Origin: Microcoleaceae cyanobacterium
Lineage (GTDB): Bacteria > Cyanobacteriota > Cyanobacteriia > Cyanobacteriales > Microcoleaceae
Reading direction: 5' to 3'
DNA: 24,900 nt
Assembly: GCA_051652765.1 (NCBI GenBank)
Contig: JBOFUV010000047.1
Coordinates: forward strand, 1 to 24,900
The position numbers and the translations under genes are program-made. The notes beneath the pieces were generated by a model, which was not told the origin of the DNA, ran no database searches, and saw only the letters and a program-made list of their open reading frames with translations. Below are positions 9,199 through 17,976 of this stretch, in pieces. Position 1 is the stretch's first letter. Each line of letters opens with the position of its first letter.

Positions 9199-9221
9199 AA
9201 CTGCGAATAAAGCTTCAGACT

Positions 9222-9249
9222 GCGGGCTTCTTGCCCGCTTAATAATTCT
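9222..9249 (+). terminator. GC hairpin between convergent pepN and glycosyltransferase genes (terminator or REP-like)
   Basis: GCGGGC-TTCTT-GCCCGC followed by AT-rich sequence, 23 bp after the pepN stop. Confidence 0.45.
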
Positions 9250-9304
9250 AACATTACTACTTAATAGCTCTAACATTATCAAAAAGTTTTAAAAAAGTTT
9301 AAAT

Positions 9305-10090
9305 TTAGCATTTTCCCCTGAGTTTCTGTTTGCCAAAAATTCTTTTCTTGAATAAATTTCCTCGATACCAATCTGCCAAAGTTTGTGTAGGAACTCCCAG
9401 CAAATAGCCTACAATTAAAATTTGATTGATTAAGGTTGTTTTGAAGACACCCAGCTTCTGCCAACGTCTTCCGGAGGTAATGATAGATAATGGCAGAATA
9501 GTAATTTTGCCCTGCCGTTTTAAGCGACAAACCAACTCAAAATCTTCCATAATTGGCAACTCCGAAAAGCCGCCAAGTTGCTCAAATGTTTCCCTTCGAA
9601 GAAAGATTGCTTGATCACCGTAGGGCATGTGCAAGCAGCGCGATCGCCATCTTACTCCCCATTCTACCCAATGGAGCCCCTGAACCGAAGCTGAAATTTT
9701 CAACTCAAATGCTCCGGCAATTACCTCAGGTTGATGAAAGGTTTGATCAACCCAATACTCATATCCTTCTGGTAGTTCAGTATCGGCATGGAGGAACAAT
9801 AAAATATCTCCCATTGCAATTTTTGCGCCTGCATTCATTTGGTAAGCTCTGCCACAACGAGTCTGCAAGAGGTGCACTTGATGGGGAAATTCAAGACAGA
9901 ATGGGTAGATCAATTCAACAGTTGCATCAGTGCTACCACCATCAACAACAATTACTTCAGTATTTTTGCCCTGAATTATCTGGGAAATTACCCTTGCAAT
10001 CGTAGAGGCTTCGTTCAGTACAGGTACGATGATAGAGATTTTGGGATTAGTTTCGGGATTAGTTTTGGGATTAGTTTCGGGATTAGTCAT
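9305..10090 (-). CDS. GT2 glycosyltransferase, TIGR04283 family (rSAM/selenodomain- or arsenosugar-associated transferase 2)
   Basis: ISIIVPVLNEA, VVDGGSTD, GRAYQMNAGA, LLFLHADT, PYGDQAIF, PIMEDFEL and TSGRRW. ATG 10090 preferred over TTG 10117. Confidence 0.9.
   Translation of the reverse strand: MTNPETNPKTNPETNPKISIIVPVLNEASTIARVISQIIQGKNTEVIVVDGGSTDATVELIYPFCLEFPHQVHLLQTRCGRAYQMNAGAKIAMGDILLFLHADTELPEGYEYWVDQTFHQPEVIAGAFELKISASVQGLHWVEWGVRWRSRCLHMPYGDQAIFLRRETFEQLGGFSELPIMEDFELVCRLKRQGKITILPLSIITSGRRWQKLGVFKTTLINQILIVGYLLGVPTQTLADWYRGNLFKKRIFGKQKLRGKC
10039..10086. repeat. 4 x 12-bp in-frame tandem repeat (TTTYGGGATTAG) encoding TNPE-TNPK-TNPE-TNPK
   Basis: Units start at 10039, 10051, 10063 and 10075; equivalent to two perfect 24-bp copies. 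Confidence 0.95.
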
Positions 10091-10221
10091 AGATTGCCCC
10101 AGGAATTGATCAGTCAAACCTTAAGCTTAACTTGATTCTTCATCCTCTAAATTTTGATCAATTCTCCTGAGAAACACCTTACATTTATCTGATATCTACC
10201 TGAGAAATGATTTAGCAAATC

Positions 10222-10294
10222 TTGTTAAGAAGGTGTTGTTAAAAAGGTGTTGTTAAAAAGGTGTTGTTAAGAAGGCGTTGTTAAGAAGGTGTTG
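10222..10294. repeat. 5 x 14-bp tandem repeat (TTGTTAARAAGGYG)
   Basis: Units start at 10222, 10236, 10250, 10264 and 10278. The array overlaps the stop codon of the DUF2064 gene. Confidence 0.95.
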
Positions 10295-10887
10295 CCGAGA
10301 TTTTTTAAATCTTCAGGACGATCAATGTCCGTGAGTTCTGGCAAGTAACTTACTCCTAATCTCAAACCCTGACAAATCTTAGTAGTTTGCTGAAACACTG
10401 CAGCAGTTCCCCACGGAATTCCCTGAAATAACTCCGGAATGAATCGTTGCATTCCAACCAAATAATATCCCCCATCCTTCGCAGGGCCTAGAACAACATC
10501 ATGGAGTTGCAATCCCTCACATGCTTTAGTGAGAATTTCTGATGTTAGATCAGGACAGTCTGTACCAATGGCAATCACGGCTGAGTTTCCCTCGACAAAC
10601 CCCTTTTGAAAGGCAAGAGTCAGGCGATCACCTAAGTCTCCCGACCCTTGCTGGACATAGATTAAGGCTTGTCCCAACCATGCTTGCATGAGCCTCAAGT
10701 TACTGCCTGTATAGCAAACTTCAAGTGCGACAGAGCGCAGTTGAGCAAATTGCTGCGCCGTCTTTATGGTCTTTTCAGCCATTTGACGATGCAACTGGGC
10801 CGATCCTTCTGCTCCCAAAGCAGGAATCAGGCGGGTTTTAGTCTGTCCTGGTTCAGGATAACGGGTAAAAACAATCAGGCGTTCCAT
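10267..10887 (-). CDS. TIGR04282 / DUF2064 family transferase (rSAM/selenodomain- or arsenosugar-associated transferase 1)
   Basis: IVFTRYPEPGQTKTRLIP, QGSGDLGDRL, IGTDCPDL, VVLGPAKDGGYYLVG, IPWGT and DIDRPEDL. Adjacent to its usual TIGR04283 partner. Confidence 0.9.
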   Translation of the reverse strand: MERLIVFTRYPEPGQTKTRLIPALGAEGSAQLHRQMAEKTIKTAQQFAQLRSVALEVCYTGSNLRLMQAWLGQALIYVQQGSGDLGDRLTLAFQKGFVEGNSAVIAIGTDCPDLTSEILTKACEGLQLHDVVLGPAKDGGYYLVGMQRFIPELFQGIPWGTAAVFQQTTKICQGLRLGVSYLPELTDIDRPEDLKNLGNTFLTTPS

Positions 10888-10943
10888 TCACAAGATACAT
10901 GGGTCAACTACTCAATTAGATATGTTACTATAAATAAATGTCT

Positions 10944-11017
<74 letters not shown>

Positions 11018-11371
11018 TATTTCTGGCACTGTTACAGTGTAGAGCTTTCAAACTTCAGGGTATGATATGCCGGAGCTTTGCCTGACCGCCATGTCTTCTC
11101 ACGGATGGCTCAGTATGGAATCATTAAGTCGCAAATTTATTTCACAGCTATCTGCGACACAGAGCCGAACTACCCCAATGCCCAAAATCCAACTGACAGT
11201 TAAAAACCAACAACCCATTGCTTTGGCTCTTTAATTGCTTCTTAATTGCTTCCCGTCTGTCACTGGACTCAGCGATTTGTAAAACAAGCAGCACAAGGAT
11301 TATTTAAAGCCTCAACTCGCTGTAGAGTAAAAGAGAATGCTAGACCTACAACTTAGTCTGTAACCTAATCT

Positions 11372-12265
11372 GTGAACTTTCAATCCGTCATTGCAACCCT
11401 GAATCAGTTTTGGAGCCAACGCGGCTGTTTAATTGCCCAACCCTACGATACAGAAAAGGGGGCGGGAACCATGAGTCCTCACACGTTTTTGCGAGCAATT
11501 GGCCCTGAACCCTGGTCGGTGGCCTATGTGGAACCTTGTCGCCGTCCCACGGATGGCCGCTACGGAGAAAACCCCAACCGTTTTCAGCACTACTATCAAT
11601 ACCAGGTGTTGATCAAGCCATCACCGGACAATATTCAGGATATGTATTTGGAGTCCCTCCGAACCCTGGGGATTCAGCCCGAGGATCATGATGTGCGCTT
11701 CGTGGAAGATAACTGGGAGTCCCCGACATTGGGAGCTTGGGGAGTGGGTTGGGAAGTGTGGCTCGATGGCATGGAAATTACCCAGTTTACCTACTTTCAG
11801 CAATGCGGCGGGATTGATTGCCGCCCGGTCTCGATTGAGATTACCTACGGTTTAGAGCGGTTGGCAATGTACCTACAGAACGTGGACGCAATTCCAAAAA
11901 TCGCCTGGACGGATACCTTGAATTATGGGGATGTTCATCTTCAGGGGGAAATTGAACAGTGTACTTATAACTTTGAAGCCTCGAATCCAGAGTTCTTGTT
12001 TACTTTATTCGGGCTGTATGAACAGGAAGCAGAACAGTTGGTCAGCAAAGGTTTGGTGCTTCCCAGTTTGGATTATGTGCTGAAATGCTCCCATACGTTT
12101 AACCTATTGGATGCGCGGGGAGTGATCGCAGTCACAGAACGAACTCGGTATATTGGCCGGATTCGAACCCTGGCCCGCAAGGTGGCTCAACGCTATTTGG
12201 AACAGCGGCAAACCTTGGAGTTTCCTCTGTTAGTAACGAATGCGGGGATCGATGTAGGCGTTTAA
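11372..12265 (+). CDS. glyQ: Glycine--tRNA ligase alpha subunit
   Basis: [68 protein letters not shown] and [16 protein letters not shown] start. Confidence 0.98.
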   Translation: MNFQSVIATLNQFWSQRGCLIAQPYDTEKGAGTMSPHTFLRAIGPEPWSVAYVEPCRRPTDGRYGENPNRFQHYYQYQVLIKPSPDNIQDMYLESLRTLGIQPEDHDVRFVEDNWESPTLGAWGVGWEVWLDGMEITQFTYFQQCGGIDCRPVSIEITYGLERLAMYLQNVDAIPKIAWTDTLNYGDVHLQGEIEQCTYNFEASNPEFLFTLFGLYEQEAEQLVSKGLVLPSLDYVLKCSHTFNLLDARGVIAVTERTRYIGRIRTLARKVAQRYLEQRQTLEFPLLVTNAGIDVGV

Positions 12266-13255
12266 CACGTCAATGGTAATACTTGCGATTACAACGATCA
12301 CGGCAAAAAACACCATAATGCCTTGAACGGTGGGGTAATCACGCAGGTTGATCGCCTCATATAAACGATTGGCTAAACCGGGCCAGGAAAACGTGACTTC
12401 TGTCAAAATTGCCCCCCCCAGCAACGCCGCAAAGGTTAGCCCCATCACCGTAATCACAGGAATCAAGGCATTCTTCAAGGCATGGTGGGTGACAATCTGC
12501 AACTCTGGAATCCCCCTAGCTCTGGCCGCTTCTACATAGTCTGCTTGCAGAGTTTGACGTAAATTTACCCGGACAATGCGTTCAAAAATACCACTGAGCA
12601 AAATTCCCAAGGTTAGACTGGGTAGCACCAGATAATACAAAGCGGTGAAAAATTGCCCGAGATTTCCCCTCAACAAGCTATCCAGGGTATACAGTCCCGT
12701 GAATCCTTCCGGAGTCGGCAGACTCAAAGGAAATCGGGTTCCCAGGGGAAACCACCCCAGTTGCACAGCAAAAATCAACTGAAGAATCATCCCCGCCCAA
12801 AACGCAGGCACTGCATAGGTAATGATCCCAAATAAACGCCCACAGGTATCCCAAATCGTATTTGGGTGAGTCGCGGCAATTGCTCCAACCGTCACTCCAA
12901 CCAATAAAGCGATCGCCAAACTGCACACCGCCAGTTCTGCCGTGGCTGGAAAGTAACTTTGAATAATTTGCCAGACGGACTCGCCCCGACTGGTGAGGGA
13001 CGTGCCCAGATCAAGCTGGAGGAGGTTACCCATGTAGTTCAAATATTGCTGCAACAGGGAAGTATCTAAACCCAGTTGCGATCGCAGGGCCTCCTTGGCT
13101 TCGACCGGAGCGCGGGGGCCAAGAATTGCATCGACTGGATCACCCGGCGTGGCCCGGAGCAGCAAAAATACCAAGGTTGTAATTGTCCACACCATCAGTG
13201 GAGCCAAGAGCAAGCGAGTTAAAACATAGTATTGCAGCGCTTTGGAACGGGACAT
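12230..13255 (-). CDS. ABC transporter permease, DppB/OppB family
   Basis: PGDP and LGLD motifs, [17 protein letters not shown] loop [39 protein letters not shown] and IDPRIR. Confidence 0.93.
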   Translation of the reverse strand: MSRSKALQYYVLTRLLLAPLMVWTITTLVFLLLRATPGDPVDAILGPRAPVEAKEALRSQLGLDTSLLQQYLNYMGNLLQLDLGTSLTSRGESVWQIIQSYFPATAELAVCSLAIALLVGVTVGAIAATHPNTIWDTCGRLFGIITYAVPAFWAGMILQLIFAVQLGWFPLGTRFPLSLPTPEGFTGLYTLDSLLRGNLGQFFTALYYLVLPSLTLGILLSGIFERIVRVNLRQTLQADYVEAARARGIPELQIVTHHALKNALIPVITVMGLTFAALLGGAILTEVTFSWPGLANRLYEAINLRDYPTVQGIMVFFAVIVVIASITIDVLNAYIDPRIRY

Positions 13256-13359
13256 TAGATCGGGACTAGGGATTAAGAGCTTACTCTACCTCATGAAGAG
13301 AACAAACACAAAAAGAGCCTACAAAGTAAGCTCCTGCACGTAGCATTGTTCCCGAAATT

Positions 13360-13389
13360 GAGGTTCAAATAAGAGGTTCAAATAAGAGG
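13360..13389. repeat. 13-bp tandem duplication GAGGTTCAAATAA
   Basis: Units at 13360 and 13373, followed by a partial GAGG. Confidence 0.85.
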
Positions 13390-13492
13390 AGGGGGCGCTG
13401 TTCCTGCATAAGGGTGAGCCCCAAACCCCTCTACTTGACCAAAATTGAAATTGCCATAGCCTCAATTAACCTGAGAACTTAAAGCTGAAGAC

Positions 13493-14173
13493 TTAGACTT
13501 TTGTTTTCTTTTTCTTGTCCAATTCTTTTTTAAATAATCCACCAAAACCCAAAGCCATACCCGTTCCAAGAATTGTTAAAGGCTCAGGGACTGCTTCAAC
13601 TTCAATCGACTTTAAAATGTAATCGTCATTACTCCCAGCAACAGAAAAGGAAACCAGCGTTCCTGTTCTCAAGCCTGCATCAAGAGCAGTGAAGTCAAAG
13701 GTACCTACTCCCGTGTCAAAAAAGTTACCACCAGGAATATCCTCTGACAAAAACAAACCTCCAGCATCAACCGACACCGTAAAATCATCGTTGCTACCGA
13801 CTCTGGAAAACGTGGCAGAATTGATCGTGATTTTCTGATCAAACTCAAACTGAAGCCCTTCATCCAGCCCTAGCCCATCCAGTTGGAGAAACTGTAAGTC
13901 AGAAATGTCACTGGCAAGACTGGTAACGCCCAAACCATCAGGACTCTTAACCACAAAAGCGCTAGTAGTACCACCGCCTAGGGTATCCCGAAATCCTGTA
14001 ACTGTCAGACCAACATCCCCAGCATTATAAGAAAAAGAGGAGTCCAACGCAGGAGAACCACCCAGATCAAAACTAAAGGAGAATGCTCCAGCAACTTCTC
14101 CTCCCCCCAGAACAGCAAGAGTCGCCCCGGTAATCGCAAGAGAGACTTGCTTCAATGTCGATATTAACGTCAT
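13493..14173 (-). CDS. Cyanobacterial PEP-CTERM sorting-domain protein
   Basis: Signal-peptide-like N-terminus (KQVSLAITGATLAVLGGGEVAGA-F), acidic Gly/Ser/Asp-rich body, and C-terminal VPEPLTILGTGMALGFGGLF followed by a basic tail. ATG 14173 preferred over TTG 14188. Confidence 0.92.
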   Translation of the reverse strand: MTLISTLKQVSLAITGATLAVLGGGEVAGAFSFSFDLGGSPALDSSFSYNAGDVGLTVTGFRDTLGGGTTSAFVVKSPDGLGVTSLASDISDLQFLQLDGLGLDEGLQFEFDQKITINSATFSRVGSNDDFTVSVDAGGLFLSEDIPGGNFFDTGVGTFDFTALDAGLRTGTLVSFSVAGSNDDYILKSIEVEAVPEPLTILGTGMALGFGGLFKKELDKKKKTKV

Positions 14174-14486
14174 GCTTTTTACCTTCAATACCTGTCAACA
14201 ACCCAAAAACAACGAGAGGGAAAATCCTAATAGTGTGCAACTACGCTCGCAATTACACACAGCCTGAGAACTCAGGATTATTAGATTAATAACCACTCTA
14301 CGTAGAATCTCTGAGAAATCAAGATTGCTAATCGTATGTTCATGAACTCTTTACAAAAGTCAGCACATACGTTTAAAAAATGAAGGTTGTGTAAAGGTCA
14401 GAGACGATCAGACTCACCAGACATCCTAAATTTTTGGACTCATTTTAATGATTATGAAGGATCTCGCTCTGGTGTTTTCCCTGACT

Positions 14487-15635
14487 TCACGCCTTTCCTG
14501 ACTGGGGACGCTTGTCAGAACGATAGAAGGGGCGCTTCACCACAACTGCTGGGTAAGTCTTACCGCGAATTTCAATGTCCAGTTCTTGACCGACTTTAGC
14601 AAAATCTACCGGAACATAGGCGAGGGCGATCGCCTTCCCAAGCGTTGGAGACAGGGTGCCACTCGTTACTTCTCCAATAATTTCTCCTGCAATCTCAACT
14701 GGATAGCCATGACGGGCGATATATCGCCCCTGCATTTCTAAACCCACTAATCGTCGAGAGACTCCGGTTGCTTGTTGCTGCTCTAGAACAGTACGGCCCA
14801 TAAATTCTCCCTTGCTCTCTAAATGAACCAGCCAACTGAGCCCAGCTTCGTAGGGAGTCGTCATTGCATCAATGTCTTGGCCATAGAGTGCCATCGCTGC
14901 CTCTAGTCGCAAGGTGTCCCTCGCCCCTAATCCACAAGGAGTGACCCCTGACGCTAGCAGCCTGCGCCAAAGTTCAGTGCCAACGTCCGGATCAACCATA
15001 ATCTCAAATCCATCTTCCCCGGTATACCCGGTACGAGCGATAAATGCAGGCTGTCCCAGTACCTGAGTGTCAAAGTGTTCAAAAAGCTGCAAGGAAGCCA
15101 AAGTATCGGCAACAAAAGGTTGCAATTTCAGTTCGGCTTGGGGGCCTTGAACCGCCAACAAAACCTTCAACCGGGTCACATCTTCTAGCTCAACATCAGT
15201 CGCTTCAATCTGGGCTGAAATCCAAGCCTTGTCCTGGGTGCAAGTCGATGCGTTCACAATCATCACGCCTCGCTGCTGACCCGTCTGACGGTCAATTCCC
15301 TGATAGTAAAAAATAATATCGTCCAGAATACCCGCCTGATGATTCAACAAAACTGTATATTGTGCTTGACCGGGTTGTAAACAATTCAAATCTGACGGGA
15401 CGAGGCGTTGTAGCGTCTCAACCAAGGTTTTGCCCCTCAACATGAATTTGCCCATGTGAGAAATGTCAAACATTCCAACATCGAGGCGCACCGCTTCATG
15501 TTCTGTGTTGATGCCTGAATACTGTACCGCCATCTCCCAGCCGGAAAAAGGAACCATCCGAGCATTTAGCTCTTGCGCGAGTGGGTAAAACGGTGTTCGA
15601 GCGAGACTATTCTCCATCGGGGTTGACTCAGCCAC
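14487..15635 (-). CDS. gcvT: Glycine cleavage system aminomethyltransferase T
   Basis: [50 protein letters not shown] and [22 protein letters not shown] 15635 or ATG 15617 start. Confidence 0.97.
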   Translation of the reverse strand: MAESTPMENSLARTPFYPLAQELNARMVPFSGWEMAVQYSGINTEHEAVRLDVGMFDISHMGKFMLRGKTLVETLQRLVPSDLNCLQPGQAQYTVLLNHQAGILDDIIFYYQGIDRQTGQQRGVMIVNASTCTQDKAWISAQIEATDVELEDVTRLKVLLAVQGPQAELKLQPFVADTLASLQLFEHFDTQVLGQPAFIARTGYTGEDGFEIMVDPDVGTELWRRLLASGVTPCGLGARDTLRLEAAMALYGQDIDAMTTPYEAGLSWLVHLESKGEFMGRTVLEQQQATGVSRRLVGLEMQGRYIARHGYPVEIAGEIIGEVTSGTLSPTLGKAIALAYVPVDFAKVGQELDIEIRGKTYPAVVVKRPFYRSDKRPQSGKA

Positions 15636-15650
15636 AGGTAATCACCAAGG

Positions 15651-15701
15651 TATTGTTAGTCACAGATTATTGTTAGTCGCAGATTATTGTTAGTCGCAGA
15701 T
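15651..15701. repeat. 3 x 17-bp tandem repeat (TATTGTTAGTCRCAGAT) immediately upstream of gcvT
   Basis: Units start at 15651, 15668 and 15685, with one mismatch overall. Confidence 0.95.
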
Positions 15702-15831
15702 ACGAGGTTGTGACCAAGGTCAGATCAACCTGTCCCGATCGCAATAGTTAACCACAGGCCATCGAGGGAACTGACTGCTGTGCTCTAAGGACAATCCTAT
15801 TCACTCCAAGGAATCACTAAGACATTGTAAT

Positions 15832-15879
15832 TCTAGTCTAAAACTCTAGTCTAAAATCCCAGTCTAAAATCCCAGTCTA
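15832..15879. repeat. About 3.7 x 13-bp tandem repeat (YCYAGTCTAAAAY)
   Basis: Units start at 15832, 15845, 15858 and 15871. Confidence 0.88.
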
Positions 15880-15915
15880 GATTTTGTGATTGATTCCGCT
15901 GGCCACTTTCGAATA

Positions 15916-16416
15916 CTACCAACCCCAAGTCCCAGGGCCACCTTTAAACGGGCCAATAATAGCTTTCGTGACCCAGCCCCCGTAAAAATCTCCTGCTTGA
16001 GCTTGAACTTGTTCGCCATCAACGTAACAGGCATCCATCCGGCCGGGATAGACGGCAATATAGTCCTGAATCCCAGCAAAGTTGGGTGTGGGATTGGGAT
16101 AATACCAGGCCCCATCAACAACTTGGCGATCGCCCACCAGAATTGAGCAATAAGCAGCCTGCCCCTTCCATTCACACCAAGAGGTTTTAGCGGTTGCCAT
16201 TAAGTAGTCCAGTTTCACATCCTCGGGCGGAATGTAATAGGTGGGTGGATGGCTCGTTTCTAGGACTCGCTTTGCGTTGTAAGTTTCAGCAATCATGACT
16301 TGATTGAATACCACTTGGATCAGTTTGGTAGATTCTTCTAGGCGGGGAGGGCGAGGATAGTCCCAGACGGATTCTTGGCCAGGGCTGAGAGGTTTGGGAT
16401 CGGGATTCAGGGTCAT
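15916..16416 (-). CDS. DUF427 domain protein
   Basis: PGQESVWDYPRPP, RVLETSHPPTYYIP, CEWKGQAAY, AWYYPNP, FYGGWVT and GPFKGGPGTWGW. ATG 16416 preferred over TTG 16431. Confidence 0.9.
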   Translation of the reverse strand: MTLNPDPKPLSPGQESVWDYPRPPRLEESTKLIQVVFNQVMIAETYNAKRVLETSHPPTYYIPPEDVKLDYLMATAKTSWCEWKGQAAYCSILVGDRQVVDGAWYYPNPTPNFAGIQDYIAVYPGRMDACYVDGEQVQAQAGDFYGGWVTKAIIGPFKGGPGTWGW

Positions 16417-16743
16417 CTTGGAATTTCTCAAAGTAGCTCTACAGTGGTTAGCCTAGGTTAGGTTAGCTTGGCCTAACTTAGTCTAAGTGCCATCATTAAT
16501 CGTAGGCCACCCCAACTCCTCTGGGAGGATGTCAAACAATCGATTATGATGATTTAAAGTTTACTGAAGGATTGTTGAATTAGCCTAGGAGTGTAAGATC
16601 AAGCCTATGGGATAGCCATCCTAGCTGTCTGCAACAGTTAACAGATGTGCATCACCCACGTAATCCTAGCGAAGAATTCTATTCTCATTCCTCAAGTTCT
16701 TTCCCAATTCTCAGCCATCCCCTAAGCTTTAACTCTCGACCCC

Positions 16744-17976
16744 ATGAGCACTATCAAAGGTATCGATGTTTCCGATTACCAGCCAAACGTGAACTGGAAA
16801 GCCGTCGCGAGTTCCGGTATTTCCTTTGCGATCATCAAATCAACTGAGGGCGCAACCTATCAGGCCGAAGTTTTTCCCAATTACTGGAAACAAACTAAAG
16901 CGAATGGCCTCATTCGCGGAGCCTACCACTTCTTCCGAGCGGCCACGAATGTTCAAGGTCAAGTTGATAATTTCATGAAAACGGTCAAGCTCGAAGTTGG
17001 AGATTTACCGCCTGTGCTTGACGTGGAAAGCATGGATGGAGTCTCTGCTGGAGATTTATTAGATCGTATGGGCCAGTGGCTGGAAATCATTGAACGGGAA
17101 ACTGGGTTTCGACCGATTGTCTATACTTACCCTGGGTTCTGGCAACAACTCAATACCTCTCGATTCTCAAATTATCCGCTTTGGATCGCTCACTACACTA
17201 CCGCTACAACCCCTTTAGTCCCCTCAGGCTGGAAAGACTGGATGTTTTGGCAGTTTACCGATCGAGGAACGGTGAATGGTGTAGACGGAGGAACCGATGT
17301 TAATGTTTTTGAAGCGGTTAGTTTAGGTCAGTCCGGAACGAAGGTAGAAAAGTTTCAGGCTATTCTCAAACAGCGGGGATTTGACCCTGGGCCAGTAGAT
17401 GGAGTGTTTGGCAACGGCACAAAATCTGCGGTGGTTTCCCTTCAGAAAATGAAGGGATTGGGACAAGATGGGGTTGGAGATCTGAAAACTTGGGCTGCCT
17501 TGTTGGGCAATCTAGTGGCGACTGAGGGCCCAGTTGTTCAACCTCAACCGACGGTTAAGCTGACTGAGATCTTTGCAACCTACAAGGCAACAGCGGGCCA
17601 GAATACTGCGTTGAACTGGCTGCAACAACAAGTTCCTGCTGCAACTCTGCTGGAATTTTCTCGACTTTGGCGGAACCAAACGACTCCTCAGACCCGCCCC
17701 ATTCAGTTGGTGGATGTTGCCCGGTATTATCAACGGTTGCCCAACCAAGTTAAGGCATTGGATTGGTTGCAACAGCAACTTCCCAACGCGGTTGTCCTAG
17801 AGTTTGAGAAACGCTGGAAGGCAACTCCGCCGCCTCCGCCTCCCCTCAAATTAACTGAACTGTGTAAATTTTACCAAGGGCTACCTCATCAAGTCGCGGC
17901 ATTACAGTGGTTGGAGGGCCAGATTCCCGCTCAAACCATGGCAGAATTTGCCAAACGGTGGCGGCAGTCTCAGTAA
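16744..17976 (+). CDS. GH25 muramidase with PG_binding_1 domain and three C-terminal 40-aa repeats
   Basis: GIDVS, IKSTEG, RGAYHFF, PPVLDVE (DxE), LWIAHY, FWQFTD and TDVNVF. Peptidoglycan-binding segment GFDPGPVDGVFGNGTKSAVVSLQ...DGVGDLKTW. No signal peptide. Confidence 0.92.
   Translation: MSTIKGIDVSDYQPNVNWKAVASSGISFAIIKSTEGATYQAEVFPNYWKQTKANGLIRGAYHFFRAATNVQGQVDNFMKTVKLEVGDLPPVLDVESMDGVSAGDLLDRMGQWLEIIERETGFRPIVYTYPGFWQQLNTSRFSNYPLWIAHYTTATTPLVPSGWKDWMFWQFTDRGTVNGVDGGTDVNVFEAVSLGQSGTKVEKFQAILKQRGFDPGPVDGVFGNGTKSAVVSLQKMKGLGQDGVGDLKTWAALLGNLVATEGPVVQPQPTVKLTEIFATYKATAGQNTALNWLQQQVPAATLLEFSRLWRNQTTPQTRPIQLVDVARYYQRLPNQVKALDWLQQQLPNAVVLEFEKRWKATPPPPPPLKLTELCKFYQGLPHQVAALQWLEGQIPAQTMAEFAKRWRQSQ

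Noticed and set aside
9553..10005. 150-aa plus-strand ORF (and 9839-10135, 9426-9614)
   Set aside because: Antisense shadows of the well-supported glycosyltransferase, with no protein-family motifs.
10222..10294. 14-bp and 17-bp arrays (also 15651-15701) as CRISPR repeats or iterons
   Set aside because: The units are head-to-tail with no spacers, and there is no rep or cas gene nearby.
11018..11371. T-box leader upstream of glyQ
   Set aside because: No T-box consensus (GGTGGNACC) or terminator/antiterminator pair seen, and T-boxes are not typical of cyanobacteria.
11372..15635. glyQ and gcvT as a glycine-metabolism cluster
   Set aside because: They are on opposite strands and separated by two unrelated genes, and gcvH, gcvP and glyS are absent; the proximity is probably coincidental.
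15636..15915. Glycine riboswitch upstream of gcvT
   Set aside because: The conserved GGAGA...CCGAAG...CTYTCAGG elements are not visible on the minus strand. An Infernal search would be decisive.
16432..16743. c-di-AMP (ydaO) or other riboswitch upstream of the GH25 gene
   Set aside because: No recognisable conserved core; only low-complexity GGTTAG/CCTAA motifs and short hairpins.
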